Source of the DNA: Candidatus Latescibacterota bacterium
GTDB taxonomy: Bacteria; Latescibacterota; UBA2968; UBA8231
Assembly: GCA_965223905.1 (NCBI GenBank)
Contig: CBDCXV010000011.1
Span: 384,001-448,000 of the forward strand
Direction: 5' to 3'
DNA: 64,000 bases
Shown here: in pieces, positions 20,032 to 30,300 of the stretch
Position numbering within the stretch: position 1 is the stretch's first letter
Layout: the number at the start of each line of letters is the position of its first letter
Program-made: the position numbers and the translations under genes
Notes under the pieces: model-generated
Seen by the model: only the letters and a program-made list of their open reading frames with translations
What the model was told of the DNA's origin: nothing
Database searches by the model: none

Positions 20032-21273
20032 CTACAGGAACATCGTTATCCAATTCCTCATGCGGCCGGCAGCTGTCCCAAGGAAGCCTGGGCTGGTCCC
20101 TTCCCGGTACTGGCGGAAACCGCCGCTGTCCGCCTTGTCGGCCGCCATCAGCACCAGCCCCAGGACGGTCGCGAAGCAAGGATTCGCCAAGCCCTCGCCG
20201 ACCCCGTTGAACGCGGCAGGAACACCCAGCCTTACCGGTATTCCGATTGACCGCTCGGCGAGCTCAGCGGCTCCCTCGACGAGCGCCCCGCCTCCGGTCA
20301 GCACGATTCCCGCACCCAAGCGGTCGCCGTACCCGCTGTAGTCGATCTCGCGCCGGACCATGGCGAAGATCTCTTCCATGCGCGCCTCGACAATGGTTGC
20401 GAGATCCCTTCTCGCGACCTCTACCGGTTTCCGTCCCGACACTCCCTTCAGTTCGACGACGTCCTTTTTGTCGGCGCACTCCGGCAGAGCCGTCCCGTAA
20501 CGGCACTTCAGGTCCTCCGCAAGGGGCCAACTGGTGCGCAGGCAGATCGCGATGTCGCTGGTTGCGTTCTGTCCTCCGACGCCAACCGCAGCGGTGCGGC
20601 GTACCGAGCCCTCGGAATGAATCGCCAGATCGGTTGTGCCGCCTCCGATATCGACGACGCAAACCCCAACCTCCCTCTCCTCTTCCCGCAATACCGCGCG
20701 GCTGGATGCCAGCGGCTCGAGGATGAGGCCGTTCACCTCGATCTCCGTTCGCTGGATGTTCCTGCTGATGTTTCGCACCGAGGTGACGGCCCCCGTGACG
20801 ATGTGCACCGAAGACTCGAGGCGTACCCCCGTCATGCCAACGGGGTCACGGATGCCGGTCTGGTTGTCGATTGAGAATTCCTGAGGAAGCACGTGAAGGA
20901 CCTCGCGATCGAATGGAATCGCCACGGTCCGGGCCGCTTCGACGACTCGGTTTCGATCCTCCTCGGTGATCTCGAGCCCACCGTCGCCTACCGCGATCGA
21001 GCCCCGGCTGTCGAAACCGCGAATGTGTTCACCTGAGATGCCGGCATACACGGCCTCTATTTCAATACCTGCCATCAGCTCGGCCTGGTGAACCGCCCCC
21101 TTCACCGCTTGCACGGTCTTTTCCGCGTCGACGACCATCCCCCTGCGCAAGCCATCGGAGGGCCTGTGGCCGTACCCGATGATCTCGATTCCTTCCCCTC
21201 CGAGCTCTGCAATGACGACGCAGATTTTCGTCGTTCCGAGATCGAGTCCAACCACTCTGTTGCCGCGGCGCAT
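20032..21273 (-). CDS. ftsA: Cell division protein FtsA
   Basis: GLDLGTTKI, VDIGGGTTD, VLTGGGA, amphipathic C-terminus. Confidence 0.96.
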   Translation of the reverse strand: MRRGNRVVGLDLGTTKICVVIAELGGEGIEIIGYGHRPSDGLRRGMVVDAEKTVQAVKGAVHQAELMAGIEIEAVYAGISGEHIRGFDSRGSIAVGDGGLEITEEDRNRVVEAARTVAIPFDREVLHVLPQEFSIDNQTGIRDPVGMTGVRLESSVHIVTGAVTSVRNISRNIQRTEIEVNGLILEPLASSRAVLREEEREVGVCVVDIGGGTTDLAIHSEGSVRRTAAVGVGGQNATSDIAICLRTSWPLAEDLKCRYGTALPECADKKDVVELKGVSGRKPVEVARRDLATIVEARMEEIFAMVRREIDYSGYGDRLGAGIVLTGGGALVEGAAELAERSIGIPVRLGVPAAFNGVGEGLANPCFATVLGLVLMAADKADSGGFRQYREGTSPGFLGTAAGRMRNWITMFL

Positions 21274-21276
21274 AGC

Positions 21277-22137
21277 TCAGCCGCCCTTCTGTCGACGACG
21301 GCCGGTTGCCGCGGCGAGACGCGGTCCGACGACGACCTGGCCGTCGTATCGCAGGTCGACGTATGCCGGGGGGGAATCCTTCCTCCCGTAGATCCGGTTC
21401 ATCATCCGCTTCAGGAGACCCATGTGCCTCGCCGCCTCCGTGGCCGGCACCCTGACCTCCAAGCCGTCAGCCACCATCCGCAGAGCCAGGGCACCGTCCG
21501 ACAGCGGCTCGATCGTCGAAACGTTGCGGCTGAAGGCGCTGTCGCCGCGCACCGCTTCCGTCAGCCAGCCCAGAACCCCGAAGAGGGACGAATCGGGGAT
21601 CACATCCCCGGATTGCAGCGAGTCCCAGCCGGCGCTCCCACACCGGATCACGGGCAGGTCGAGATCGGCGATTCGCTCCCCGGGCAGCGGGCGGGGGGGC
21701 AGGACTATTCCCTCGGCATCCACCCCGAAGGGATCGCCGCCGGCGTCGAGCCACGCCAAGCGCCGCCGCTCTTCGACAGCAACGTATATTCGGTCGGGAG
21801 GACGCACGTGAGCGCGCGCGCTCCTGACCCATGGCAGCTCCTCGAGTCGGCTGGCCAGCGAATCGAGGTCGACGGCGAAGATACGGTCCCCCGCCCGCAG
21901 TCCGCTGGCGGAAATAATGTCCGCACCCGACAAGGTGCGGAGTCCGCGAACCTCGAGCGCGGCGAGCCGCAAATCCCTCGATCCGGAGATCGAGGCACCA
22001 ACCCATGCTGCCCCGCCGACCGCGGCCGCGGCGACCACGGCGATGAGCAGCCTGCGACCGCGCATGCCGCTCCCCTCCCGGTGCGGATAGGCTCCGCCGA
22101 CTCTCACCATTCGTCGGGCTCGCGAGCGTCGCGTCAC
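21277..22137 (-). CDS. ftsQ: Cell division protein FtsQ/DivIB
   Basis: TM helix, POTRA-like LEELPWVRSA, YVDLRYDGQVVV; lies between murC and ftsA. Confidence 0.88.
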   Translation of the reverse strand: MTRRSRARRMVRVGGAYPHREGSGMRGRRLLIAVVAAAAVGGAAWVGASISGSRDLRLAALEVRGLRTLSGADIISASGLRAGDRIFAVDLDSLASRLEELPWVRSARAHVRPPDRIYVAVEERRRLAWLDAGGDPFGVDAEGIVLPPRPLPGERIADLDLPVIRCGSAGWDSLQSGDVIPDSSLFGVLGWLTEAVRGDSAFSRNVSTIEPLSDGALALRMVADGLEVRVPATEAARHMGLLKRMMNRIYGRKDSPPAYVDLRYDGQVVVGPRLAAATGRRRQKGG

Positions 22138-23567
22138 GGTCGGGTCCCTGAACCGGTTTGCCTCGCCAGGAGGTCGACCGTCCTCTTCGCCACCTCTCCG
22201 ATATCCCCCGCACCGAGAAAGAGGACGAGATCGCCGGGAACGCAGGCCGCCGCAACCGCGGCCGGGAGATCGAGCTTGTCCGGAGTGTACTGCACCGGTT
22301 CATACCCATGCTGCCTCATGGCATCGCGCAGGGATCCGGCGTTCCCTCCTTCTGCCCCGCTCTCCCGGGCTCCGTACACGTCGGTGAGAAAGACGCGGTC
22401 AGCCTCCATCAGGGCCGCGGCGAACTGCTCCAGGAAAACCCGTGTTCTCGTAAACAGGTGCGGCTGGAATGCCGCGGTTACCGGCCTCTTCATGACCCGG
22501 GCTGCCTCAATGGCCGCACCGACCTCCGTCGGATGGTGGGCGTAATCTTCGACGACGAGAATGCCGCCGGCTTCTCCCTTGATCTCGAAGCGCCGCTCGA
22601 CTCCGGTGAAACCGGAAAGAGCCGACCTGATCGCCTCGTCATCGACCCCGAGCGAATGGGCTGCGGCGGCTGCCGCAGCCGCGTTCATCACGTTGTGGCG
22701 ACCTGGCACGCCTACCGAGATTTCGATCGCGTCCCCTGTTCGTGAATCGGTACTCAGTCTGAAACGGCTTCCGTGCGCCGCGAGTCCGATCTCCCCGGCG
22801 CGGTACTCGTTTGACGGATCGATGCCGAAGGCCGCGACCGACTTTCCCGCCAGCCTTCCGGAAACGGCCCTGCACCCAGGATCATCGCCGTTGATCAGCA
22901 GGCTCCCGCAGGCATGCGTCCCTGAGGCGAAATCCGCAAAGGCATTGACGACCTCCTCTTCGCTGCGGTAGGTGTCCACGAGATGCTCGGCCTCGACGTT
23001 GGTAATCAGAGCCATCCACGGCTTCAGGTGCAGGAAACCGCGGTCGTATTCATCCGCTTCGAGGACGAGGAGCTCACCGCTTCCCAGTCCGGCGAGAGCG
23101 CGACCGTCTTTGCGGCCACCGATGAGGTGGGAGGGATCACAGCCGCTTTCCCGCAGGATCTCGAACAGCATGCTGGCCGTCGTCGTCTTGCCGTGGGTGC
23201 CGGCTACGGCTACCGTGCGGAACGAGTGCGACAGATCGGCTACCAGCCGTGCCCGGGAAACGGTGTCGATACCGAGGAGGCGAGCCGCGGACAGCTCCGG
23301 GTTTTCCCGTGGCACCGCGGCTGAGTAGACCACGAGAGAAGTTTCGTCGCAGACAAAATCTGCGCTGTGCCCGGCCTGCACATCGACGCCGTCCGCTTCC
23401 AGATTTTCCAGCGCCCGCGAGGGCTCCCAGTCCGATCCGCAGACCCTGCAGCCGAGCTGCATCAGCAGACGCGCCAGTCCCTCCATACCCACGCCACCGA
23501 CGCCGACGAGATGGACAAGGGCGCCGGAGTCCGCCAAGGCGCGCAGTCGCTGGTCGTTCAGTCTCAT
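22134..23567 (-). CDS. murC: UDP-MurNAc--L-alanine ligase MurC
   Basis: GVGGVGM, AGTHGKTTT, EADEYD, DYAHHPTE, FQPHLFTRT. Confidence 0.94.
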   Translation of the reverse strand: MRLNDQRLRALADSGALVHLVGVGGVGMEGLARLLMQLGCRVCGSDWEPSRALENLEADGVDVQAGHSADFVCDETSLVVYSAAVPRENPELSAARLLGIDTVSRARLVADLSHSFRTVAVAGTHGKTTTASMLFEILRESGCDPSHLIGGRKDGRALAGLGSGELLVLEADEYDRGFLHLKPWMALITNVEAEHLVDTYRSEEEVVNAFADFASGTHACGSLLINGDDPGCRAVSGRLAGKSVAAFGIDPSNEYRAGEIGLAAHGSRFRLSTDSRTGDAIEISVGVPGRHNVMNAAAAAAAAHSLGVDDEAIRSALSGFTGVERRFEIKGEAGGILVVEDYAHHPTEVGAAIEAARVMKRPVTAAFQPHLFTRTRVFLEQFAAALMEADRVFLTDVYGARESGAEGGNAGSLRDAMRQHGYEPVQYTPDKLDLPAAVAAACVPGDLVLFLGAGDIGEVAKRTVDLLARQTGSGTRP

Positions 23568-24796
23568 CGCACCGCCACCGAAGCATTCGCCACGAGCGGC
23601 ATTCCAGGGGTCGGCTGCGCGGCTCTCAGCGGCCTCAGCCTTCTCAGAAGGCTGCCGAACCGGGACTGGTCCCTTGCTGCGGATAAAGGTGAGGGGGACT
23701 GCCCGGTCTCTCGGGCGACCGCGGCGAGAATCCCGATGCCGCTGAGATTCCACAGCAGTGAGGAACCGCCGTAGCTGACCAGCGGCAGGGGCAGTCCCGT
23801 GGTCGGCAGAATTCCGGTGACCACGCCGACGTTGATCGCTGCGTACACCGAAATCATGACCGTGATCCCGGCCGCGACCAGAAATCCGTGATAGGTCTGG
23901 GCATCGCAGGCGATGCGATATCCGTGGATGGCGACGGCGGCGAAGAGGGCGATCACGCTCAGCGAGCCCGCCAGCCCCAGTTCTTCCCCGATAAAAGCAA
24001 AGACGAAGTCCGTGTGCGGCTCGGGCAGGAAGTACTTCTGGACGCTGTCACCCAGGCCGACCCCCAAAAACCCACCGCTGCCCAGAGCGAGCAGCGACTG
24101 GGAGACCTGAAAGCCCGCTCCCCGGGGATCGGCACCATGAAGGAAGCTGGTCAGACGCTGCATCTGGTAGGGAGAACTGACCAGGGACCAGGCGACAAAT
24201 GGGACCACCGCCCCGGCCGCGGCGGCAAGGTGCCCCGCCCCGGCCCCTCCGAGCCAGAGCATGATCATCGAGATGACTCCGATGGCGATGGCCGTGCCCA
24301 GATCCGGTTGCAGGACGATGAGGACCTGGACCGCGCCAAGAATCAGCAGACGGGGCAGAAGCCCGGTGCGCCAGTCTCCCATCCGCTGCTGATGACGCAC
24401 CATGACATCGGCTAGGTAGAGAACGAGGGCGAGCTTCACGAATTCAGAGGGCTGAAACGACAGGCTCATCCTGTCCAGGGGAAGGGGAAAAGGCAGCCAT
24501 CGCGAGGCTCCCTTTCCCTGTCCGAAGATCAGAACCAGAACAAGAAGGGCCAGCCCAGCGAGGATCATGGGGCGGGCCGCCCGCTGCCAGATCCTCAGCG
24601 GCAGGCGAGACAGGATGAACATGATGCCGAGACCTATGGACGCCCTGATTATCTGCCTTACCAGGAAGAAGCTGCTGTCGGCGTAACGCGTTCCCGCCAG
24701 GACGGAACTGGAGCTGTAGACCATCACCACTCCGAGGCCGACCAGGATGACTGCGATCAGAAGGATCTGGTTGCTTGCGCGCTGTGCGGCATTCAC
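23564..24796 (-). CDS. ftsW: SEDS glycosyltransferase FtsW
   Basis: MVYSSS, QPSEFVK, QPDLGT, LPEPHTDFVF, PTTGLPLPLVSYGGSS. Confidence 0.94.
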   Translation of the reverse strand: MNAAQRASNQILLIAVILVGLGVVMVYSSSSVLAGTRYADSSFFLVRQIIRASIGLGIMFILSRLPLRIWQRAARPMILAGLALLVLVLIFGQGKGASRWLPFPLPLDRMSLSFQPSEFVKLALVLYLADVMVRHQQRMGDWRTGLLPRLLILGAVQVLIVLQPDLGTAIAIGVISMIMLWLGGAGAGHLAAAAGAVVPFVAWSLVSSPYQMQRLTSFLHGADPRGAGFQVSQSLLALGSGGFLGVGLGDSVQKYFLPEPHTDFVFAFIGEELGLAGSLSVIALFAAVAIHGYRIACDAQTYHGFLVAAGITVMISVYAAINVGVVTGILPTTGLPLPLVSYGGSSLLWNLSGIGILAAVARETGQSPSPLSAARDQSRFGSLLRRLRPLRAAQPTPGMPLVANASVAVR

Positions 24797-24852
24797 GGTC
24801 TTGCCGATTCCGTTTCGACCCGCGGGACGTGCGGTCGACGCCGCTGCGACCC

Positions 24853-24882
24853 GCGGTCACAACTGCTGCGGTCACAACTGCT
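24853..24882. repeat. 15-bp perfect tandem duplication (GCGGTCACAACTGCT x2)
   Basis: Read directly, in the murF-ftsW gap. Confidence 0.9.
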
Positions 24883-25102
24883 ACAGATCCGCAAGCGGAC
24901 CTGCGGTCGGAAGAGGGAGAAGCCGCGACCTGCGCCGTCACTGCCGAACTGCGCGACAGTGCATCCGGGCAGGGCGCGAGTCATTGCGTGGGGTGCCGGA
25001 CACCGGGTGAGGAAACCCGGAGGGGCAGTGAAGCGGGGACTTCGCCTACCCTGACTCGCCCTGGGGCGAAATGACCGATTTTGAGAGGCTTTGATGTAAA
25101 AT

Positions 25103-26488
25103 TTACAAAGGGTCTGCCTGAAGCGAAACAAGTAACTTCTCGGCGACCTCTTCGAAGGCCGCTCCGCGCGATGCCTTGATGAGGACTACATCTCCCGGAC
25201 GAACCTCTGCGCAGAGCTGCACGGTAAACTCGGCCTTGTTTTCAATGTGCCGCGCGTTTTCGAGGCCTTCTTCAAGAGCTCCCAAGTGGGTAGATTGGCT
25301 GAACTGTCCGCACGTCAACAGCAGCTCGACACCCGCTCTGCTAGCCTGCCGGCCGAGTTCCGCGTGAAGCTCCGGTGCCGAGTCGCCGAGCTCGAGCATA
25401 TCGCCTAGTGCAGCGACACGCCTGCCACCGTTCGCCAACTGCATATCGCCCAGCAGATCGAGGGCCGCTTTCGCAGACCCGGGATTGGAGTTGTAACAAT
25501 CCTTGATGAGGCACGTCCCGTTTTTCCACAAAACCTCGGAGCGCATCGAGGCAGGTTCGAATCCGGCGAGAGCGCGTTCGATCTCGGGCGCCGGAACGCC
25601 ACAGAGATCCCCTACCGCGGCTGCGGCCAGGGCGTTGTACACATTGTGCCTTCCGGGGATCCGGAGTTCGATGCGGATGTTCTGTAGAGAGAGGTGGCCG
25701 CGGCCCTCCTGGTCAAGGACAAGTCCCTCCCCACAAAAATGACTCTCACTATCGAGACTGAAGCCGAGGAGTCTCCCCTTTTTCCTCATGACCTCCCTGG
25801 CTACGACACAGTCATCGACGTTGACGAGAGCCAATGAAGACTCGTCCCCGATATAATCCAGGAGTTCCCCTTTGGCTTTGGCCACCCCCTCTACAGTTTC
25901 AAAAAACTCGAGATGCGCGGTCCCGATGTTCAGCAGGACCCCGATGGTCGGCTGCGCGATCTCGCAAAGGTAGCGAATATCGCCCGCCTTGCGCGCCGCC
26001 AATTCAACTACAATTGCTTCAACTTCGCCTGTCAAGCGCAGAAGCGTCAACGGCACTCCGACTTCGTTGTTTTCGCTTTCCGGCGTCTTGAGGACCCGCA
26101 TGGTGCGTCCCAGGACTGCGGCGGTCATCTCCTTCGTCGTCGTCTTGCCGGCGCTTCCCGTGATCGCTATGACGGGAAGGTCGAACCGCCTGCGGTACTG
26201 TTTGGCGATCTCTCCCAGGGCCTCGAGAGTGTTGGCCACTCGCAACACCGGCTGGTCGCCGGAACCCTTACAGGAGTCTGCGATGGCGGCGCAAGCTCCC
26301 CGGTCGAAGGCCTCCCCGACGAACCGGTTGCCGTCGAAGTTCGGACCACGCAGGGCAAGGAACGCCTCTCCTTCCTGCAAGGTCCGGGTATCGGTACTGA
26401 TGCCCGTGGGAGCAATGCCATCGGCTCCCTCTCCCACCCATTGCCCGTCGACCCAGCGACGAATCTCACCGGCAGTAACCCCTTCCAT
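25103..26488 (-). CDS. murF: UDP-MurNAc-tripeptide--D-Ala-D-Ala ligase MurF
   Basis: ISTDTR, ITGSAGKTTTKE, NNEVGVP, DCYNSNP, LGDMLELG, KASRG. Confidence 0.94.
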   Translation of the reverse strand: MEGVTAGEIRRWVDGQWVGEGADGIAPTGISTDTRTLQEGEAFLALRGPNFDGNRFVGEAFDRGACAAIADSCKGSGDQPVLRVANTLEALGEIAKQYRRRFDLPVIAITGSAGKTTTKEMTAAVLGRTMRVLKTPESENNEVGVPLTLLRLTGEVEAIVVELAARKAGDIRYLCEIAQPTIGVLLNIGTAHLEFFETVEGVAKAKGELLDYIGDESSLALVNVDDCVVAREVMRKKGRLLGFSLDSESHFCGEGLVLDQEGRGHLSLQNIRIELRIPGRHNVYNALAAAAVGDLCGVPAPEIERALAGFEPASMRSEVLWKNGTCLIKDCYNSNPGSAKAALDLLGDMQLANGGRRVAALGDMLELGDSAPELHAELGRQASRAGVELLLTCGQFSQSTHLGALEEGLENARHIENKAEFTVQLCAEVRPGDVVLIKASRGAAFEEVAEKLLVSLQADPL

Positions 26489-27982
26489 TCAGCCGCCCCC
26501 GCCTGCTGTCCCTCTCCGCCTCAACAACTCCCGGGCGACGTGGCGATCGTCGAAGTCGATGGCGTGGTCCATAAATATCTGACGGGTTTCGTTTCCCTTT
26601 CCAGCCAGCAACACCACGTCCCCGTCTCCTGCGGCTTGCAGCGCCCGGCCGATCGCCTCGCGCCGATCGGGATACAGGCGCGCCTTTTCCGGAGCGTTCA
26701 TCCCGGCGGCTATGTCATCGATAATCCGTTCTGGATGCTCATTGCGGGGATTGTCCGAAGTAAGAAAGACCACATCCGCCAGCTCGCCCGCGATTCTCCC
26801 CATTTGCGGGCGCTTCCCCGGGTCTCGGTCGCCGCCGCATCCGAAAAGGCATATCAGCTTTTTGCCGGTGAGTTCCCGCGATGTATTGAGAACCGTCTCA
26901 AGACCGGCAGGGGTGTGCGCGTAATCGACTATCACTTCGAACGGCTGTCCTTCGTCAATGCGCTCGAAGCGGCCCGGAACGCCTTCGAACTCAGCCAGGG
27001 CCGCGGCAATCGTATCCACATCGATACCGAAAGTGAGGGCGCAAGCGACCGCAGCCGTGACGTTGGAGCAGTTGAAACTCCCCGCCAACACGGTGTGAAC
27101 ATCGAGTTTTCCCTGGGGAGAAAGCAGCGAAAGCGAGGTCCTTCCCCGCGTCCCGGAGGCAGACAACAACCGGACATCCGCATCTTCGCCCTTCCCGAAC
27201 GTCAGCGCCGAACCATCGAGACTCCGACTCAGACGACTTCCGCAAGGGTCGTCGAGATTGACCGCGGCGCAAGGCGATGAGTGCGGCTTCAGGCGATCGA
27301 ACAGCCTTCTCTTGGCCTCGAAGTACGCCTCTTCGGAACCGTGAAAATCCAGGTGATCGCGGGTCAGGTTGGTAAATACCGCGGCATCGAACCGGATGCC
27401 GTCGACACGGCCGAGGGCGAGGGCGTGGGATGAAACCTCGAGCGCCACCGCCGAGCGTCCGGCGTCGACCATGGCGCGCAGTTCCCGGTGCAGTTCGGAT
27501 GCTTCGGGAGTCGTGTTCGCAAGCGGTTCCATGGAGTCCGAGGCGAGGCTGCCCAGCGTCCCGAGGTAACCGCAGGAACGACCGGACCGATCGATGATGG
27601 CGCGGATCAGCATCGCCGTCGTGGTTTTTCCGTTGGTTCCGGTAACCCCCACGGTGCACAGCTGGCGCGAAGGTTCTCCGTAGAAGCGGGCCGCGAGTTT
27701 CGCCAGGGCCTGGCGGCAGTCGCCGACCTCTATCACGGTAGCGGATCCGGTCCGGGCAGCTCTCTCCACTACCACCGCAGCGGCTCCGCGCGCCACCGCG
27801 TCTTCGATGTATTCGTGCCGGTCCCTTTCCTCGCCGCCGCTGATGGCTACGAAAAGGCCACCGGGACGCACGGAACGGGAGTCGCAGGCTATGCTGCCGA
27901 TTTCGATACCGACCTCTCCCCTTACCCGGGCATCGGGCAGGACTTCCAGCAAGTGGCCAAGAGAACTCGCGGAGGTACTCAT
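26489..27982 (-). CDS. murE: UDP-MurNAc-dipeptide--meso-DAP ligase MurE
   Basis: GVTGTNGKTT, NTTPE, TNLTRDHLDFH, DYAHTP, DNPR (mDAP-type motif). Confidence 0.95.
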   Translation of the reverse strand: MSTSASSLGHLLEVLPDARVRGEVGIEIGSIACDSRSVRPGGLFVAISGGEERDRHEYIEDAVARGAAAVVVERAARTGSATVIEVGDCRQALAKLAARFYGEPSRQLCTVGVTGTNGKTTTAMLIRAIIDRSGRSCGYLGTLGSLASDSMEPLANTTPEASELHRELRAMVDAGRSAVALEVSSHALALGRVDGIRFDAAVFTNLTRDHLDFHGSEEAYFEAKRRLFDRLKPHSSPCAAVNLDDPCGSRLSRSLDGSALTFGKGEDADVRLLSASGTRGRTSLSLLSPQGKLDVHTVLAGSFNCSNVTAAVACALTFGIDVDTIAAALAEFEGVPGRFERIDEGQPFEVIVDYAHTPAGLETVLNTSRELTGKKLICLFGCGGDRDPGKRPQMGRIAGELADVVFLTSDNPRNEHPERIIDDIAAGMNAPEKARLYPDRREAIGRALQAAGDGDVVLLAGKGNETRQIFMDHAIDFDDRHVARELLRRRGTAGGGG

Positions 27983-30003
27983 TGTGAATACGCCAGCGGC
28001 CGCCGGGCAAACTTGGCCAGCAGTACGGACTGCCGCACCGGCATGCCGGTCGGGGGAAAGAGGGCCTCGCGGGGGTGGCCGAGCGTGCATGCGACCCGGT
28101 CCGAGACCGCGGACCCCGGCGGCGGATCCTGGGAAATGACGGTAGTGCCTTCCCCGGCGAAGTGGACGGCCAGTCCTCTGATGTTCCCGTGGTAGCGGGC
28201 GGTTTCCGGGCTCAATCCCCGCAGGTCGGGGAGCACGGGAGAAACCCTGGCCGCCAAGGCGGGGGAAGGCCTGCTCTCCGGGGCGCGCGGCCTCTTGATC
28301 CCTCCCTGAAAGTAGACACGCTCCATGACGCGGCGAAAAACCGGGGCTGCAACCCGGCCGCCCCACTTCTCGGTTCGTGGGTTGAGCATCACGACCAGGC
28401 AGAGAAACTCCGGCTGTCGAGCAGGCAGGAACCCGACAAAGGAAACGATGTACTCATCCCTCGCGTACCCCTTGCCGTGTTTGGCAGCCCGTTGCGCCGT
28501 ACCGGTTTTGCCCGCCACGTCGACTCCGGGGATCTTCCCCATTCGTCCCGTGCCGTCGCGCACGACTTTGGCGAGAATCTCCCTCATGGTCGACGAGGTC
28601 TTCTCCGAGATCACCCGGCGGATCACTTTCGGTTTCACGACGGTTCTTCCGCCTTCGCCATCGTCCATCACGCGCAGAATCTGCGGAGCCATCAGCTGAC
28701 CGCCGTTGGCGATGGCTCCGAAGGCCTGCACCATCTGCAGTGCGGTGACCGAAACCTCCTGCCCGATGGCGATAGTTTCGAGGGAGCGATCGGACCACTT
28801 GCGCGCATGCCTGAGAAGACCGCCGCTCTCGGCCGGCAGGCCGAGAGCGGTTCGCGTTCCGAATCCGAAGTTGCGCAGGTATTCGTAAAACCTGGGGCGC
28901 TGTAGACGGCGGGCCATCTTCATCATCCCGATGTTGCTCGAATTCACCAGGACTTCACTGGCGGTGAGCCAGCCGTGCTTTCCCACGTCCCGGACATTAT
29001 CGCCGTTGGTCAGCCTGAATGATCCGTTTTCACAGTAGACGAGGGTCTTTGGGATCGCCAGTTCCTCTTCGAAAACCGAAGCCGCGGTAATCGCCTTGAA
29101 GGTCGAACCCGGCTCGAAGGAATCGGTTATCGCCCGGTTGCGGCGGATTTCGGCTGGAAACTTTCCCGGTTCGTTGGGATTGAAGAGAGGAACACTGGCC
29201 ATCGCCAGGATCTCTCCGGTATGCGGCCGCGAGATGATGGCATAGGCCCCTTCAGAACGGGTCGAATCGACGGCACGTGCGAGCTCCTCTTCGAGGATAT
29301 CCTGGTATACCGCGTCGATCGTGAGAGTAAGGCTCGAACCGTCCTGCGGTGCAAGGTGTTCCCGATTGTGCACTGAAAGCTGCCGGCCGCGCGAGTCCAC
29401 TTTGGTCAGCCTTTTTCCGGTGGTCTCCCGAAGGGCGGAATCGTAGGATATCTCCACCCCCTCGCGGCCCCTTTTATCGATATCGGCGAACCCCAACAGC
29501 TGGCCGGCCACCGATCCGAACGGGTAATAGCGGCACGTCCCCTTTTGCTCGCGAATGCCCTCGATACCGGAGGGGCGATATGCGGCGGCCTGCGTGTCCG
29601 GAACCTGCCTGGCGAGATAGACGAACGGCCCGTTACCGTTCAGCGCATCGAGTATCACTTCGGGTTTGCGGCCTGTTTTTGCGGCGAAATGACGGGCAAC
29701 CTCTTGCGGTTGTCGAACCTCGGAAGGGTGGCAGTAGAAGGATGTCGCCGGGACATCCTGGGCGAGCACTCTCCCTTCACGGTCGAAAATGCGCCCTCTG
29801 CTCGCGGCGATATCCACCCAGCGGTCGTGCTGCTGCATGGCTTTTTCCGCGTAGCTGTGGTGCTGAACCGCTTGCACTTGCACCAGCCTGCCGACCAGAA
29901 GGGCCCAGAACATCGCCCCGGCAAGAAAAACAAGGCGCAGCCGGGAACGGCCTTGGTGCTTTCCCGCTTCCGGTGTCTTGCGCTCGCCTTGCCGGTCAGT
30001 CAT
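27979..30003 (-). CDS. ftsI: Class B penicillin-binding protein FtsI with C-terminal PASTA domain
   Basis: RGRIFDR, EPGSTFK (SxxK), SSNIG (SxN), KTGT. Confidence 0.92.
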   Translation of the reverse strand: MTDRQGERKTPEAGKHQGRSRLRLVFLAGAMFWALLVGRLVQVQAVQHHSYAEKAMQQHDRWVDIAASRGRIFDREGRVLAQDVPATSFYCHPSEVRQPQEVARHFAAKTGRKPEVILDALNGNGPFVYLARQVPDTQAAAYRPSGIEGIREQKGTCRYYPFGSVAGQLLGFADIDKRGREGVEISYDSALRETTGKRLTKVDSRGRQLSVHNREHLAPQDGSSLTLTIDAVYQDILEEELARAVDSTRSEGAYAIISRPHTGEILAMASVPLFNPNEPGKFPAEIRRNRAITDSFEPGSTFKAITAASVFEEELAIPKTLVYCENGSFRLTNGDNVRDVGKHGWLTASEVLVNSSNIGMMKMARRLQRPRFYEYLRNFGFGTRTALGLPAESGGLLRHARKWSDRSLETIAIGQEVSVTALQMVQAFGAIANGGQLMAPQILRVMDDGEGGRTVVKPKVIRRVISEKTSSTMREILAKVVRDGTGRMGKIPGVDVAGKTGTAQRAAKHGKGYARDEYIVSFVGFLPARQPEFLCLVVMLNPRTEKWGGRVAAPVFRRVMERVYFQGGIKRPRAPESRPSPALAARVSPVLPDLRGLSPETARYHGNIRGLAVHFAGEGTTVISQDPPPGSAVSDRVACTLGHPREALFPPTGMPVRQSVLLAKFARRPLAYSQ

Positions 30004-30272
30004 CGCCACCTCCTCCGGCCAGCCGATGCGCCGGGTATCATCCTCAACTCCGACTCCGCGCGGCGAACAATGACTCCCGGCTTCTTCGCCCTGACCACCT
30101 CCGCCATCAGCCGGGTGCGCTCATCTCTGAGGGAGGCAATTTCCGCTTCGGCCCCGACGATGTCTTCCATCAATTCGGCGACTTCCACTTTGCCCCAGAC
30201 GTACAGAATCGTCAGCGCAACGCTGGCGGCGACGGCGGTTACATAGGCTCTCAGTGTCTGAAACGAATACAT
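30000..30272 (-). CDS. ftsL: FtsL-like small bitopic coiled-coil protein
   Basis: TM helix plus coiled coil, located between rsmH and ftsI. Confidence 0.6.
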   Translation of the reverse strand: MYSFQTLRAYVTAVAASVALTILYVWGKVEVAELMEDIVGAEAEIASLRDERTRLMAEVVRAKKPGVIVRRAESELRMIPGASAGRRRWR

Positions 30273-30300
30273 GGCTCCGTTCCCGTTGCCGGTGTGCGGC

